Both the position numbers and the translations under genes were made by a program. Under the pieces are notes generated by a model, which had not been told where the DNA came from, made no database searches, and saw nothing but the letters and a program-made list of their open reading frames with translations. From a virus (taxonomy: Duplodnaviria > Caudoviricetes): DNA of 64,000 nt. How positions within the stretch are numbered: position 1 is the stretch's first letter; each line of letters begins with the position of its first letter. Below, piece by piece: positions 1-9,526 of this stretch. The stretch lies in the IMG/VR virus record IMGVR_UViG_3300025867_000005; one strand, 5' to 3'.

Positions 1-3000
1 TTCAAACGGCACGGCGACAAATCTTACGGTTGTCAAGCCGCTTATCGTCAAAGGGACAGACCATTCGAATCAAGACGTGTTCTTCCCTCAGTCAAACGGC
101 GTACAGGTTGTAGGCGACCCGGATCAGGATTTATTCTACGGACTAGGCGGAACAATAGGAAAGCCCGCTTGGTGGATGCAGACCTACAGGAACGAAAACA
201 GTTCTGGAACCAACAGCCCGGAATTCATGTATTTCAGCAATGCCAGAATCGCCAAAGACATCATGATTCTTTCCGAAGGCGGTAGAATGTCAGTCAACAA
301 GACATCGAATATCCTTGACTATCACAGCGATTACCAAGGATATCAAATGGGAGCGCTCAATGACTTGAAGTTTAGCGGAGTATATTCATATTCCAAACAG
401 AGGAAATATGATGTCTATATTTCAAGTCTCGGGAATCCAGACAGATGGAGCTGGAAAAAGAGTTATGACAATGGGTTGACATGGGTAGAGTCTGGTGTCA
501 CAAATGAATGCTCAACAACAAATATGGTTGTTGAAAACGGTGTCCGTGTAAGTTTTGATTATGTCACTGGACACAATCTTCATGATGCGTGGATAAGAAC
601 CGGATATGCCCAGCTTCCACCAGCTACCGTTCATATGGCACCACAGGCATATGAAGAAATAGGGTTCACGACCAACTACAACAATGAAAGCGGATGGGAA
701 GACCTTACCTATACAATGGCGTCTACAGTGCATTCCAGTGACAGGTACGCATTGACAAATACATCTTCTGCCATTTATCTCGGAAGGGGAATAAAAATGA
801 ATTCCACCTTCTACAATCTTGCGGAATACGGTGTCGGCCTTGCGCTTGTTTTCGAATATTGGAACGGAAGCACATGGATGCCGATTACCGTAGGCAGTCA
901 TCATCTTAGTGACGGAACCGCCAATTTCACCCAGTCAGGACAGGTGTCTTGGGACAAATTCCTTATTTCCGATTGGAAGACAGGGGGTGTGACAAAATAC
1001 AGCGGAGAAGATTTGTTCTGGCTTAGAGTCCGCACTTCCGTAACTCCTTCCATCCCGGCGAAAATCAAGAACATTACCCCTCAGGGAAAAGTGAGATTCG
1101 GAATAATGGGAAGACAGTACGATGACGATTACAGCTTTTATGTTGACGGTTTCGGAAGCAGCTATCAGATCAAGGGTTATCAGTCTGATACCGGTTCTAC
1201 TTTTGAAGCCAACCAGCTTATTACCGCCGGGGCCGTCAATAAGCTTCTTGATGCCTTCAGAACCTTCAATTTGTATTTTTCTACGAATTTCAATCCTGTT
1301 TCAGCCCCCAACAGATTGCTGACTTCAATGGCAGTGCCGGTTTGGAAAACCACAACGGCATTAAGCCCAGGCACAAACCTTGTCGCCTGTTTTGTTTCTA
1401 CGAACACCATAGGGAGCACCTTGATTCCGGCAGGAACCAAGTATTCAACAACTTATTACGCTTCTAAAACAACGTCTCAGGGAGCAAACGCCTATTGGGA
1501 ACTTATCGAAGTAGGCGACGGAATCACAAACGTTATTGCAAGTTCAGCGGAAACTCCACTTGTTCAGACGACTCCTACCATCATTTCCACATCCGTATAT
1601 CCGGCAACGAACTTCAACGTACAGTCATCCCATTATCTCGGCGTAAGAGTTTACGGAATTCGTCCGGGAAATGCCGTAAGCATGGTGCTTTACGGTGGCG
1701 GCAATTACGGGTCTTCTCTTTCAAGTCCAAGCGTCGGAACTACAGGCGGCGGGGCGGGAATTATAGACGCACCCTTAGACGGAATAGCTTACGGAAGGAA
1801 GAATCAGACTTGGGTCCAGGTCTTGGAACCCAACGGAAGCGGAGCTTCACTTAGCGGTGTCGTAAAGGAAACAGATCCTAAATATGTCAACGCCCTTACC
1901 AACGAAACAGATTCAAAGGCTCTTTCTTCTCTTGCGGATTTCGCCGCAACAAATCAGGCCAAAGCCGTTTATTCCCAAGACGGGGGACAATGGATAGACG
2001 CTACTGGTGGCGTTTGGAGAATCTATACTAATGTCTGGAAACTTACGCTTTCAGATATGGGAATTTCTATGGTTATCCCGAACCTTGGAAACCCTCTTCC
2101 TTCTTCTCGGTTTGAGATTTCAAATGTCAGTGGGGTCACCGGATTGACGTTTGTTGTAGCTCCTAGAGACGTAGGAATTGATGTCGTCGGGTTTGCTTAT
2201 CTACACAATAATGAAATGAGTTATTGGGAAGATGATTCTGTTCCTCTTGCCGAAACAAATATCATATTGGACACTTTTATCGGAAGTTTCCCTCAGAATC
2301 CAGGATATTTGAGATACGAAGCGATTGCGACCCAACTTGTAGACGGAGTTGTTTTCAAAAGTGATACCACAAACTTTGCGACAGCCGCACAGGGATTGAA
2401 GGCAGATACAGCTATTCAATCGGCTTACGGCATCACTGTTTCTTCAAACAATTTTGTTGTCGGTGTCGGCACTAGAAACACAACGATATGGCCTAACCAA
2501 ATTACTGTTTCTCAGGCGGCTGGTGTCAGCGGAGGTATAGATTCGGACGGGTTGTTTGAAAACTTTAATACCCCTCCTTATACCAGACATTTTGATTTCC
2601 CTTTAACAGCAGGTATCCTCGCCAGCCTCGCGGATGTCACGAACAGGACTGTCAACCAGATCATAATGACGACAAACGCTATGGGAATGGCCACGAATAT
2701 GAGATGGAGGGAATCCTCTGTATGGAAGTCCTATCCTTTAGGCGGCGCTTCAGAACTTCCTACCGGAGTAATTACCAACGGCTATCTTGGTGACATAGGA
2801 TTCACCAACAATCTTACGGTAGCAGGAACTAATTTCGCATCTGTATTTAATTCGGCTTCAGGAGACTTCTATCTACAGGGAACGAATTTCGGACCAAGGA
2901 TTGCAAACAGTATTACAAACGGGATGAACGAAATAACTTTAGGAGGTATTGTCCTGAGCAATGATACCGTTAATGGAGATTACGGTAATTTTACATATTC

Positions 3001-5065
3001 TGTTCAGTTAGGGAATCTTTCAAGCATTCAGCATCGGTCGGCTGACGGGAATGACATGATTTTCTCAGGATGGTCAAGTGATTTTAGTCACGCCTTCGAC
3101 CGTTTCAGATTATTTGCAGACGGAGGGGCTATCTTCCCTACTGGAAACGTTTATACCGTAAATTCCGGAACCATCACCAATCAGGTCGTTGTTTCCCCTG
3201 TCGGAAGCAACCAGGTTTCCCAACTTTGGAAAGGCAGCAATACGGAATTTCAGGCTCTAGTCGTTACAGATCCGAATAGCCTCTATGTTGTCTCTGATGA
3301 CAACAGCGTATACAGTGACAATGGAATCTATCATCCGGTAGAAACCTACAATGTATTCCTTGCTCCTGTGACGACCATTGTCTCGCTCGCACAGGATAAG
3401 ACGGTTTACAGAATCAACGTCGATACGAATGCCATTCTTGCAGTAGATTCTTCAGCCATGAATCTAACAGATAGGGAAGCAAAATTTGACCTCGAATTGA
3501 ATGTTTCGGAACCCAACCTTCCTATCAGTTTCGTCGGGTTTGAATTCAGTCAGACTCCTGACCTTTCGGCAACGGGGATATACAGATACGTATGTAATGT
3601 TATTGACAACCAGAAAGTCATTGTAACCATCCCTACTATTACCGGTCTAGCCTATGTTCCTTATACCGGAGCCACAGGCACCGTTGATATCGGAACCAAT
3701 TCAATCAAGATCGGAGGCAACGCCCTTGTCGACAAAGTTCTGACGGTAAACGGATATGCAGAGGTTTCAAACAGGATAGAACTTCTTGGACCAGGAAGTT
3801 ATATCGGAGGTTTGGATGTTCTTTCAGGAGATTATTCTGGAAGCACGAAAGCTGTGTCTGGAACCTTCCTTTATCAAGAGCTGTACACTTCTTTCACGAA
3901 TTCCGTTACGAATTCAATGCAGATTTCAGATCAGCATCTTTCCCAGATGTTGCAAACGAATATCAATCCTAGAATTCTGTCTGTTGAGTCAAATTCCTTG
4001 GAATTTTCAGAATGGCTGCCTACAAACACATATGTAAAAGTGGAAGAAGATCCGATTGCCGGACCCAGAATCACAGAACTCGAAAACCATACGAATAACT
4101 GGAACCAAGCTTATTCATGGGGAAACCATGCGGTTGCCGGATATCTTCTGATTTCTGACTTCACGGAATGGAAATCCACAAATACCTATGTGAAGACGGA
4201 AGTAGATCCACATTTCTTCGAATGGCTGGGAACAAATACTTATCCGAAGACAGACAGCGGGGCTTCAGCCTTCCGCTATTACAACTACGGAAATCCGGAA
4301 ACGGAAGAAAGTCCGGAAGCGTGGTTTACATTCGATGCCGGAACCATCACAGCATTCGATTATGTCGCGGGAAGAGAAAAGGTTGTCATACCTTGGGAAA
4401 TCGGAGGTGTGCCTGTTGTGAAAATCGGGAATTCAGCGTTTTCAGGAGATTCGATTACCAACGTCTATGTTCCTAGAAGCGTGACGAATATCGGAAATTC
4501 GGCTTTCATGAACTGCGCCAGTCTTGCGGCTGTCTATTATTCCTGTGACGTTCCCGTTGAAGGAGTCGGAATATTTCTGTCTGCCCCCGGCGTTACAAAC
4601 TATATCGTCAATCTGTTTGCCAAGAACTGGGGAACGGAATACGGAAGCCGTCCTGTCGTAAGGGCATCTGTCTATTCCGACAGCTTCTATCAAGGTGGCC
4701 AGCTTGTAGCGACGACGCAATACGTCAATCAGGTTATTTCTTCAACGATATCTCCTGAAACCGACCCCTATATGGAATGGACGGGGCAGGTCGTTCCAAG
4801 CGGAAGCAGCGCAACAATTACGGCGGCACACGGAAGTCTTCCTTATCTTATCCTTACGAGGACGACTACCTTGTCTATAGATTCAACTGGCTTCGGCACA
4901 TCTGGCGTCAGTAGGATTTCTTTAAGCGTTCAGGCTGGAAGTTATACCTTGAATATGGACGAAAATATCACGCTATCGACAGAAATAAGTCTCCCTACTA
5001 CAGGGTGGGGAACTATTTTGTTGCGTAGAGTATCAAACGATGCATGGAAGGCGGCACAACTTTGA
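1..5065 (+). CDS. Large mosaic tail-fibre/adhesin-like protein, 5'-truncated (frame is open from the window edge)
   Basis: Frame 2 is open from base 2. Fibritin-foldon-like motif GIIDAPLDGIAYGRKNQTWVQV, ETDP-type repeats, fibre motif NWNQAYSWGNHAVAGYL, BspA-type LRR near the C-terminus (VVIPWEIGGVPVVKIGNSAF...VTNIGNSAFMNCASL). Confidence 0.7.
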   Translation, partial: SNGTATNLTVVKPLIVKGTDHSNQDVFFPQSNGVQVVGDPDQDLFYGLGGTIGKPAWWMQTYRNENSSGTNSPEFMYFSNARIAKDIMILSEGGRMSVNKTSNILDYHSDYQGYQMGALNDLKFSGVYSYSKQRKYDVYISSLGNPDRWSWKKSYDNGLTWVESGVTNECSTTNMVVENGVRVSFDYVTGHNLHDAWIRTGYAQLPPATVHMAPQAYEEIGFTTNYNNESGWEDLTYTMASTVHSSDRYALTNTSSAIYLGRGIKMNSTFYNLAEYGVGLALVFEYWNGSTWMPITVGSHHLSDGTANFTQSGQVSWDKFLISDWKTGGVTKYSGEDLFWLRVRTSVTPSIPAKIKNITPQGKVRFGIMGRQYDDDYSFYVDGFGSSYQIKGYQSDTGSTFEANQLITAGAVNKLLDAFRTFNLYFSTNFNPVSAPNRLLTSMAVPVWKTTTALSPGTNLVACFVSTNTIGSTLIPAGTKYSTTYYASKTTSQGANAYWELIEVGDGITNVIASSAETPLVQTTPTIISTSVYPATNFNVQSSHYLGVRVYGIRPGNAVSMVLYGGGNYGSSLSSPSVGTTGGGAGIIDAPLDGIAYGRKNQTWVQVLEPNGSGASLSGVVKETDPKYVNALTNETDSKALSSLADFAATNQAKAVYSQDGGQWIDATGGVWRIYTNVWKLTLSDMGISMVIPNLGNPLPSSRFEISNVSGVTGLTFVVAPRDVGIDVVGFAYLHNNEMSYWEDDSVPLAETNIILDTFIGSFPQNPGYLRYEAIATQLVDGVVFKSDTTNFATAAQGLKADTAIQSAYGITVSSNNFVVGVGTRNTTIWPNQITVSQAAGVSGGIDSDGLFENFNTPPYTRHFDFPLTAGILASLADVTNRTVNQIIMTTNAMGMATNMRWRESSVWKSYPLGGASELPTGVITNGYLGDIGFTNNLTVAGTNFASVFNSASGDFYLQGTNFGPRIANSITNGMNEITLGGIVLSNDTVNGDYGNFTYSVQLGNLSSIQHRSADGNDMIFSGWSSDFSHAFDRFRLFADGGAIFPTGNVYTVNSGTITNQVVVSPVGSNQVSQLWKGSNTEFQALVVTDPNSLYVVSDDNSVYSDNGIYHPVETYNVFLAPVTTIVSLAQDKTVYRINVDTNAILAVDSSAMNLTDREAKFDLELNVSEPNLPISFVGFEFSQTPDLSATGIYRYVCNVIDNQKVIVTIPTITGLAYVPYTGATGTVDIGTNSIKIGGNALVDKVLTVNGYAEVSNRIELLGPGSYIGGLDVLSGDYSGSTKAVSGTFLYQELYTSFTNSVTNSMQISDQHLSQMLQTNINPRILSVESNSLEFSEWLPTNTYVKVEEDPIAGPRITELENHTNNWNQAYSWGNHAVAGYLLISDFTEWKSTNTYVKTEVDPHFFEWLGTNTYPKTDSGASAFRYYNYGNPETEESPEAWFTFDAGTITAFDYVAGREKVVIPWEIGGVPVVKIGNSAFSGDSITNVYVPRSVTNIGNSAFMNCASLAAVYYSCDVPVEGVGIFLSAPGVTNYIVNLFAKNWGTEYGSRPVVRASVYSDSFYQGGQLVATTQYVNQVISSTISPETDPYMEWTGQVVPSGSSATITAAHGSLPYLILTRTTTLSIDSTGFGTSGVSRISLSVQAGSYTLNMDENITLSTEISLPTTGWGTILLRRVSNDAWKAAQL

Positions 5066-6201
5066 AAACATTAATTTTAACCCTATTACTCCCTCTTTAC
5101 TGTTTCGGGTCTTTCAACCAAGACTTTGATGAAAATTTTCTTTCGGCTCTCTCGACACAGCCGACAGGAACGGTTTTGACTTTCACATATGAAACCACAT
5201 ATCCGTCTGCAATCGTATTAGGGTCAACTTACTCTGGGCCAGCAGATGCGTCAAAAGCATTATATAATGCTGGAAACGGATGGAAACAGTACTCTTCAAA
5301 AACGATAAACGTGTCATCGAAGAAAATCTTTTTCAAGGGAGACTGGAGGACAGGTGCCGGAACTATTGCACAACTTTTCAACCAAACGTTTACAAACAAT
5401 CATTATGTCTCGATGTCCGGAGGATTTGATATCAACGGAAGCTATAAACCAAATATGTTTCAATCTGTTTTCTACGGATGTAACGGAATACGAAGCATAC
5501 CTTCTGGACTTTTCGGAAGCGTAACCGGGATGCCGCAAATAGGAATGTGTCAGTCGACGTTTAGTAGCTGTAATGCCATTACGGGCGCTATCCCAAGCAA
5601 TTTGTTTGGAAACATTGAAGGACCGTATGCTAATAATATGTTCGCATATACTTTTTATAACTGTTCGAAACTGACAAACGACATTCCTGCCAATCTTTTC
5701 GGATCGGTAACAGGGGCTCCTGCATATGCGATGTTCCAATCAACATTCAGCGGGTGTACCTCTTTACGGACGATACCTGATTATCTGTTCGGAGACCTCA
5801 AAGGAGCTCCATCCGGATACATGTTTGATAAAACGTTTTACAATTGTAGAGGGATTACAAATCTGCCATATGGAATCTTTGGAAGTTTTGGAAACGGGTT
5901 GATCGGACCTCCTGCTCCTGATATGTTTAGTCAAACATTCCGAGACTGTATAGGTCTTACAACTCTGCCTTATGCATTATTCCAAGGTCTTACCACTGGC
6001 ACAGCTCAAAACAACATGTTTCTGTATACCTTTTACGGCTGTAAAAATATCACATCGAGTTCTGCGACTTTAAACAGCGGCGTAAAACTCTATACCAAAT
6101 TCCCTGCTCCAGACTTTACGTTCGTTCATATCGGCGGATGTTTCAAAGATTGTACAAGCATGTCAGACTATGCCACGATGCCAGATGTCTGGAAACAATA
6201 A
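5062..6201 (+). CDS. Secreted LRR protein (31-aa MFxxTFxxCxxLTxxIPxxLFG repeats), paralog 1
   Basis: TTG start overlaps the upstream TGA, with GGAAGG upstream. Signal-peptide-like MKTLILTLLLPLYCFG, repeats, C-cap CFKDCTSMSDYATMPDVWK. Confidence 0.75.
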   Translation: MKTLILTLLLPLYCFGSFNQDFDENFLSALSTQPTGTVLTFTYETTYPSAIVLGSTYSGPADASKALYNAGNGWKQYSSKTINVSSKKIFFKGDWRTGAGTIAQLFNQTFTNNHYVSMSGGFDINGSYKPNMFQSVFYGCNGIRSIPSGLFGSVTGMPQIGMCQSTFSSCNAITGAIPSNLFGNIEGPYANNMFAYTFYNCSKLTNDIPANLFGSVTGAPAYAMFQSTFSGCTSLRTIPDYLFGDLKGAPSGYMFDKTFYNCRGITNLPYGIFGSFGNGLIGPPAPDMFSQTFRDCIGLTTLPYALFQGLTTGTAQNNMFLYTFYGCKNITSSSATLNSGVKLYTKFPAPDFTFVHIGGCFKDCTSMSDYATMPDVWKQ

Positions 6202-6235
6202 AGAAAATCTGTTTTTCAATGGGGGACCAATCAAA

Positions 6236-7372
6236 ATGTCTAAAACTTTTACACTCACCATATTGTCTGTCCTATCGGCTTTCATTTGTACGGCGGAGCT
6301 TTATGTCAAGGATTCAGGTCATACAAACAAAGCTTTCGTTTATGTCAAGCAAAGAGAAGGGTCTATTACCAACGGTTCTAATATCTGTGCCGTCTACAGC
6401 GGAGACAAGCTTGTAAGCAATCCGAGAAGGAAAAGTTTTCCAACCAGTCTTGAACCTATTCTTACATTTACGTATTTAAGTGGACATCCGTCTTCAATAA
6501 ATCTTTTTTCCTCCTATCCCGGCCCCGCCAATCCAGATAAGGCTTTTTATGATTCCGGACAGGGTTGGACGACCTATACGGGTCGTACGATTCCTGTCTA
6601 CGGGAACCGTGTCAGATTCAAAGGAGATTGGAGAGACAGCGAAGGAAGATTTTATCGGATGTTCGATTCTACTTTCGGAAGAGACAATCCTGTAAAACTT
6701 ACAGGAAAATTCGACACAAGAGGTTTGCAGTTTGTCCCTGAAATGTTCTATTCTACCTTTCAGACTTGTTCCGGCCTTACCGGACCTATTCCAAAAGACC
6801 TTTTCGGAGACGTATCCGGGACGCCACAAGCATATGTGTTTTATTCCACATTTTACTTTGACGGAAATCTTTCTGAAATTCCACCTGGTCTTTTCAGCAG
6901 GCTTTCAGGAAATTATGCGGATTCCATGTTCCGATACACATTCTACGGCTGTATAGGGATTACAAATTCAATCTCAGACAATTTCTTCGGAAATCTTTCA
7001 GGGAATCCTTCACAGTACATGTTTACCGCGACATTCGGAGGTTGTCAAAAACTTACGGGAGATATTCCGAACAAGCTTTTCGGAAACATTTCGGGAACTC
7101 CTGCGACCGGCATGTTCAGAGAAACATTTATGAACTGCACAAAGCTTTCAGGGAACATCCCTGTCGGCTTGTTCGGAGATATATCAGGCACGCTTCCTAC
7201 CTATGCTTTTTTATCGACATTCATCAATTGCTACGATCTTACAGGGCCTTCGGCGTTAATGCCGGACGGCACAACCTATCTTTATCAACAGTTTTCTGGA
7301 TATACCACCACCTGTTACCAGAATTGCACCAACCTTTCGGATTATGCTTCGATTCCGACTGGATGGAAGTAG
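6236..7372 (+). CDS. Secreted LRR protein, paralog 2
   Basis: ATG at 6236 after GGGGGA. Signal-peptide-like MSKTFTLTILSVLSAFICTA, shared FKGDWR domain, LRR repeats, C-cap CYQNCTNLSDYASIPTGWK. Confidence 0.75.
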   Translation: MSKTFTLTILSVLSAFICTAELYVKDSGHTNKAFVYVKQREGSITNGSNICAVYSGDKLVSNPRRKSFPTSLEPILTFTYLSGHPSSINLFSSYPGPANPDKAFYDSGQGWTTYTGRTIPVYGNRVRFKGDWRDSEGRFYRMFDSTFGRDNPVKLTGKFDTRGLQFVPEMFYSTFQTCSGLTGPIPKDLFGDVSGTPQAYVFYSTFYFDGNLSEIPPGLFSRLSGNYADSMFRYTFYGCIGITNSISDNFFGNLSGNPSQYMFTATFGGCQKLTGDIPNKLFGNISGTPATGMFRETFMNCTKLSGNIPVGLFGDISGTLPTYAFLSTFINCYDLTGPSALMPDGTTYLYQQFSGYTTTCYQNCTNLSDYASIPTGWK

Positions 7373-7400
7373 GAATTGCTTATGTCTGTTTTGAAAACTC

Positions 7401-7408
7401 TTTTGATA
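7401..7408 (+). promoter_or_regulatory. TTTTGATA motif, candidate late-promoter element
   Basis: The same motif is intergenic and just upstream of + strand genes at 7401, 15156, 31204, 44042, 50595 and 56691. Confidence 0.5.
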
Positions 7409-7433
7409 AAAGTAACAACTTAGAGGTGAAGAC

Positions 7434-7892
7434 ATGATCATTTATACAGCGATTAAAGAGTTTGTCATCAAACCGGAAAACATCTTGGTTTCGATAGGCG
7501 ACACTCTCAATAAGTTTGAAAACGCCGTTATGGTTTCAGTAGGTGGACAAAACCTTACTGAGCGTACGTTTTATATGTGGGTAGGAATGCCTGAAAGTTT
7601 GGACTATCTATCAGAATCTTCCATCCTTCCTGATCCGCCTGTTCCAGGCGACGGCAATACGGCAGGAGGCACAGAAACATTAGCAGCGGGATTGGAAAGC
7701 CTTACTGTTACAGGAAAAGGCTGGTCATTTACCCCTTCTTCCGTTGTAGCGATTGTATGCAAACCGGCCAATGGGTCCAACATTATAGCTTCAATCATCA
7801 GCGGGTCGATTTCTTCCAACGGATTCACGGCGGAATTTTCCGCTCCTATTCCTGATTCAAGTTATACTTTATTGTATATCGCTTCTGCTTAA
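7434..7892 (+). CDS. Hypothetical virion-associated protein with beta-rich C-terminal domain
   Basis: GAGGTG RBS. C-terminus (SISSNGFTAEFSAPIPDSSYTLLY) resembles small fibre-tip beta domains. Confidence 0.5.
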   Translation: MIIYTAIKEFVIKPENILVSIGDTLNKFENAVMVSVGGQNLTERTFYMWVGMPESLDYLSESSILPDPPVPGDGNTAGGTETLAAGLESLTVTGKGWSFTPSSVVAIVCKPANGSNIIASIISGSISSNGFTAEFSAPIPDSSYTLLYIASA

Positions 7893-7907
7893 TATATGGA
7901 GGTAGAG

Positions 7908-9524
7908 ATGAGAAAGATTTTGTTTTCATGTGTCGCTTTTTTGCTTTTCGGACTTTCCTGCTTTGCGGCTGGAGAAACCCCGATATCCAATCTGAAACTG
8001 ATGACAACTGCCAACGGAAACCTTAATTCCTTTACGAATTTGGGAACCCTTCAATCATCTACTGGCGCTTTTTCTGTTGTTAATGTCGGAGGCGTTACTC
8101 ATAACAGTATGGGAGAAACGACAATCCTTGAAACTTGGACAAACGAAGTCGGGAACGTCACGTCCCAAAAGGTCGTTACGGCAGGAACAACCAACCTGTC
8201 TTATTACGGAGCCGGAACTGGTTCTGGAGGTATTACAAACGGACAGACTGGGGATATCGTTCTAGGAGACGTTAAGATATCCGGTTCGTCAATTTCATCT
8301 GCTCTTGATCCTAGTACGGGAGTTATAAATTTGTTTGAAGGATCGTACTTGATAGATTCTAAGCTTGGATCGGCTTTTGGCGGACGTTATAATACTCCAT
8401 CGATTATTTCATATGGACAGAATGGTGGTGTCGGAGACGCTGACCTATATCGTGGATTTAGTTATAAATACGGACCTCTGGTTTATCAAGTTATGCATGA
8501 CGGTAGCATTATGACTTCCAATAGCATCACGGCTTATGGAACCAATACGGCTTTACGTTTTCAAACAGTAAAAAATGGCGTTACTTCTGTTGTGGTAACA
8601 TCTGATTCCTCTGTTTCGAATACCGTGGAGAAACTTTGGAAGGGTAATGCTGCTGAAGTCACAGCTATTACGAATGTAGAACCCGACACGATATATTTCG
8701 CAGCAAGTGATTCTACAGTTTTTTCAGATACTGGAATTTATCATCCGACTGAGATTTACAATGTTTATACCGATCCTCAGACGACTGTCGTGTTAGTTGT
8801 AGAATCTAAGAACGTATATAAGATCAATGTCAACACCAATTCAATTATTGTTATGGATGCTTCAACTCTTAATTTCACAAACAGAGAAGCAAAATTTGAA
8901 CTAGACCTGAATATAACCGTTACGAATATCCCATCGATTACGTTTGTCGGGTTTGAATTCCAACAGGAACCTGATTTTACCGTAACGGGTTGTTATAAAT
9001 TTGCATGTAGCATGATAGACACTACCACTGTACAGGCTAGGCAGACTTATCCGACAGTGTATGAATGGAAAAAACTTATAGGAGTTTCAGATACTGGACA
9101 GAATGAACCACGTAATGGGGTAATAATTAAAGTCATTGTTGCATCAGAAATAACTAATTTCTTTCAGTTTTATGTCCCAGATCGTGAAGCATTAATTTTA
9201 GACATGAGAGCGTTTATTTATTATCTTGACAGAGACACACCATTTCATATTTCCTATGCAAGATCTGAGCTATCTGATTACTCTACTTTTCAAGATCCAA
9301 TAACTAATTATGTTCCAAGTGCAAATCAGAGTGGAATAAGTTCTGGATATACTGGTACAAAAATGTTCGTTCCTCATGTTGATCAGGACTTCACTGAATT
9401 GGGATTGAAAATAGTTATCATGAAACCTGCAATATCCAATGGTGACTGGATGTTATATACACCATTTTCTCGTAGAGCTAACGAACTAGAAATCAAGGCT
9501 TACAATGCTGGCTGGAGACCTTAA
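7908..9524 (+). CDS. Secreted fibre-like protein sharing a ~140-aa module with the 1-5065 protein
   Basis: GGAGG RBS. Signal-peptide-like MRKILFSCVAFLLFGLSCFAA. Module LWKG...GIYHPxExYNV...REAKFxLxLNx...FVGFEFxQxPD occurs in both proteins. Confidence 0.7.
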   Translation: MRKILFSCVAFLLFGLSCFAAGETPISNLKLMTTANGNLNSFTNLGTLQSSTGAFSVVNVGGVTHNSMGETTILETWTNEVGNVTSQKVVTAGTTNLSYYGAGTGSGGITNGQTGDIVLGDVKISGSSISSALDPSTGVINLFEGSYLIDSKLGSAFGGRYNTPSIISYGQNGGVGDADLYRGFSYKYGPLVYQVMHDGSIMTSNSITAYGTNTALRFQTVKNGVTSVVVTSDSSVSNTVEKLWKGNAAEVTAITNVEPDTIYFAASDSTVFSDTGIYHPTEIYNVYTDPQTTVVLVVESKNVYKINVNTNSIIVMDASTLNFTNREAKFELDLNITVTNIPSITFVGFEFQQEPDFTVTGCYKFACSMIDTTTVQARQTYPTVYEWKKLIGVSDTGQNEPRNGVIIKVIVASEITNFFQFYVPDREALILDMRAFIYYLDRDTPFHISYARSELSDYSTFQDPITNYVPSANQSGISSGYTGTKMFVPHVDQDFTELGLKIVIMKPAISNGDWMLYTPFSRRANELEIKAYNAGWRP

Positions 9525-9526
9525 TC

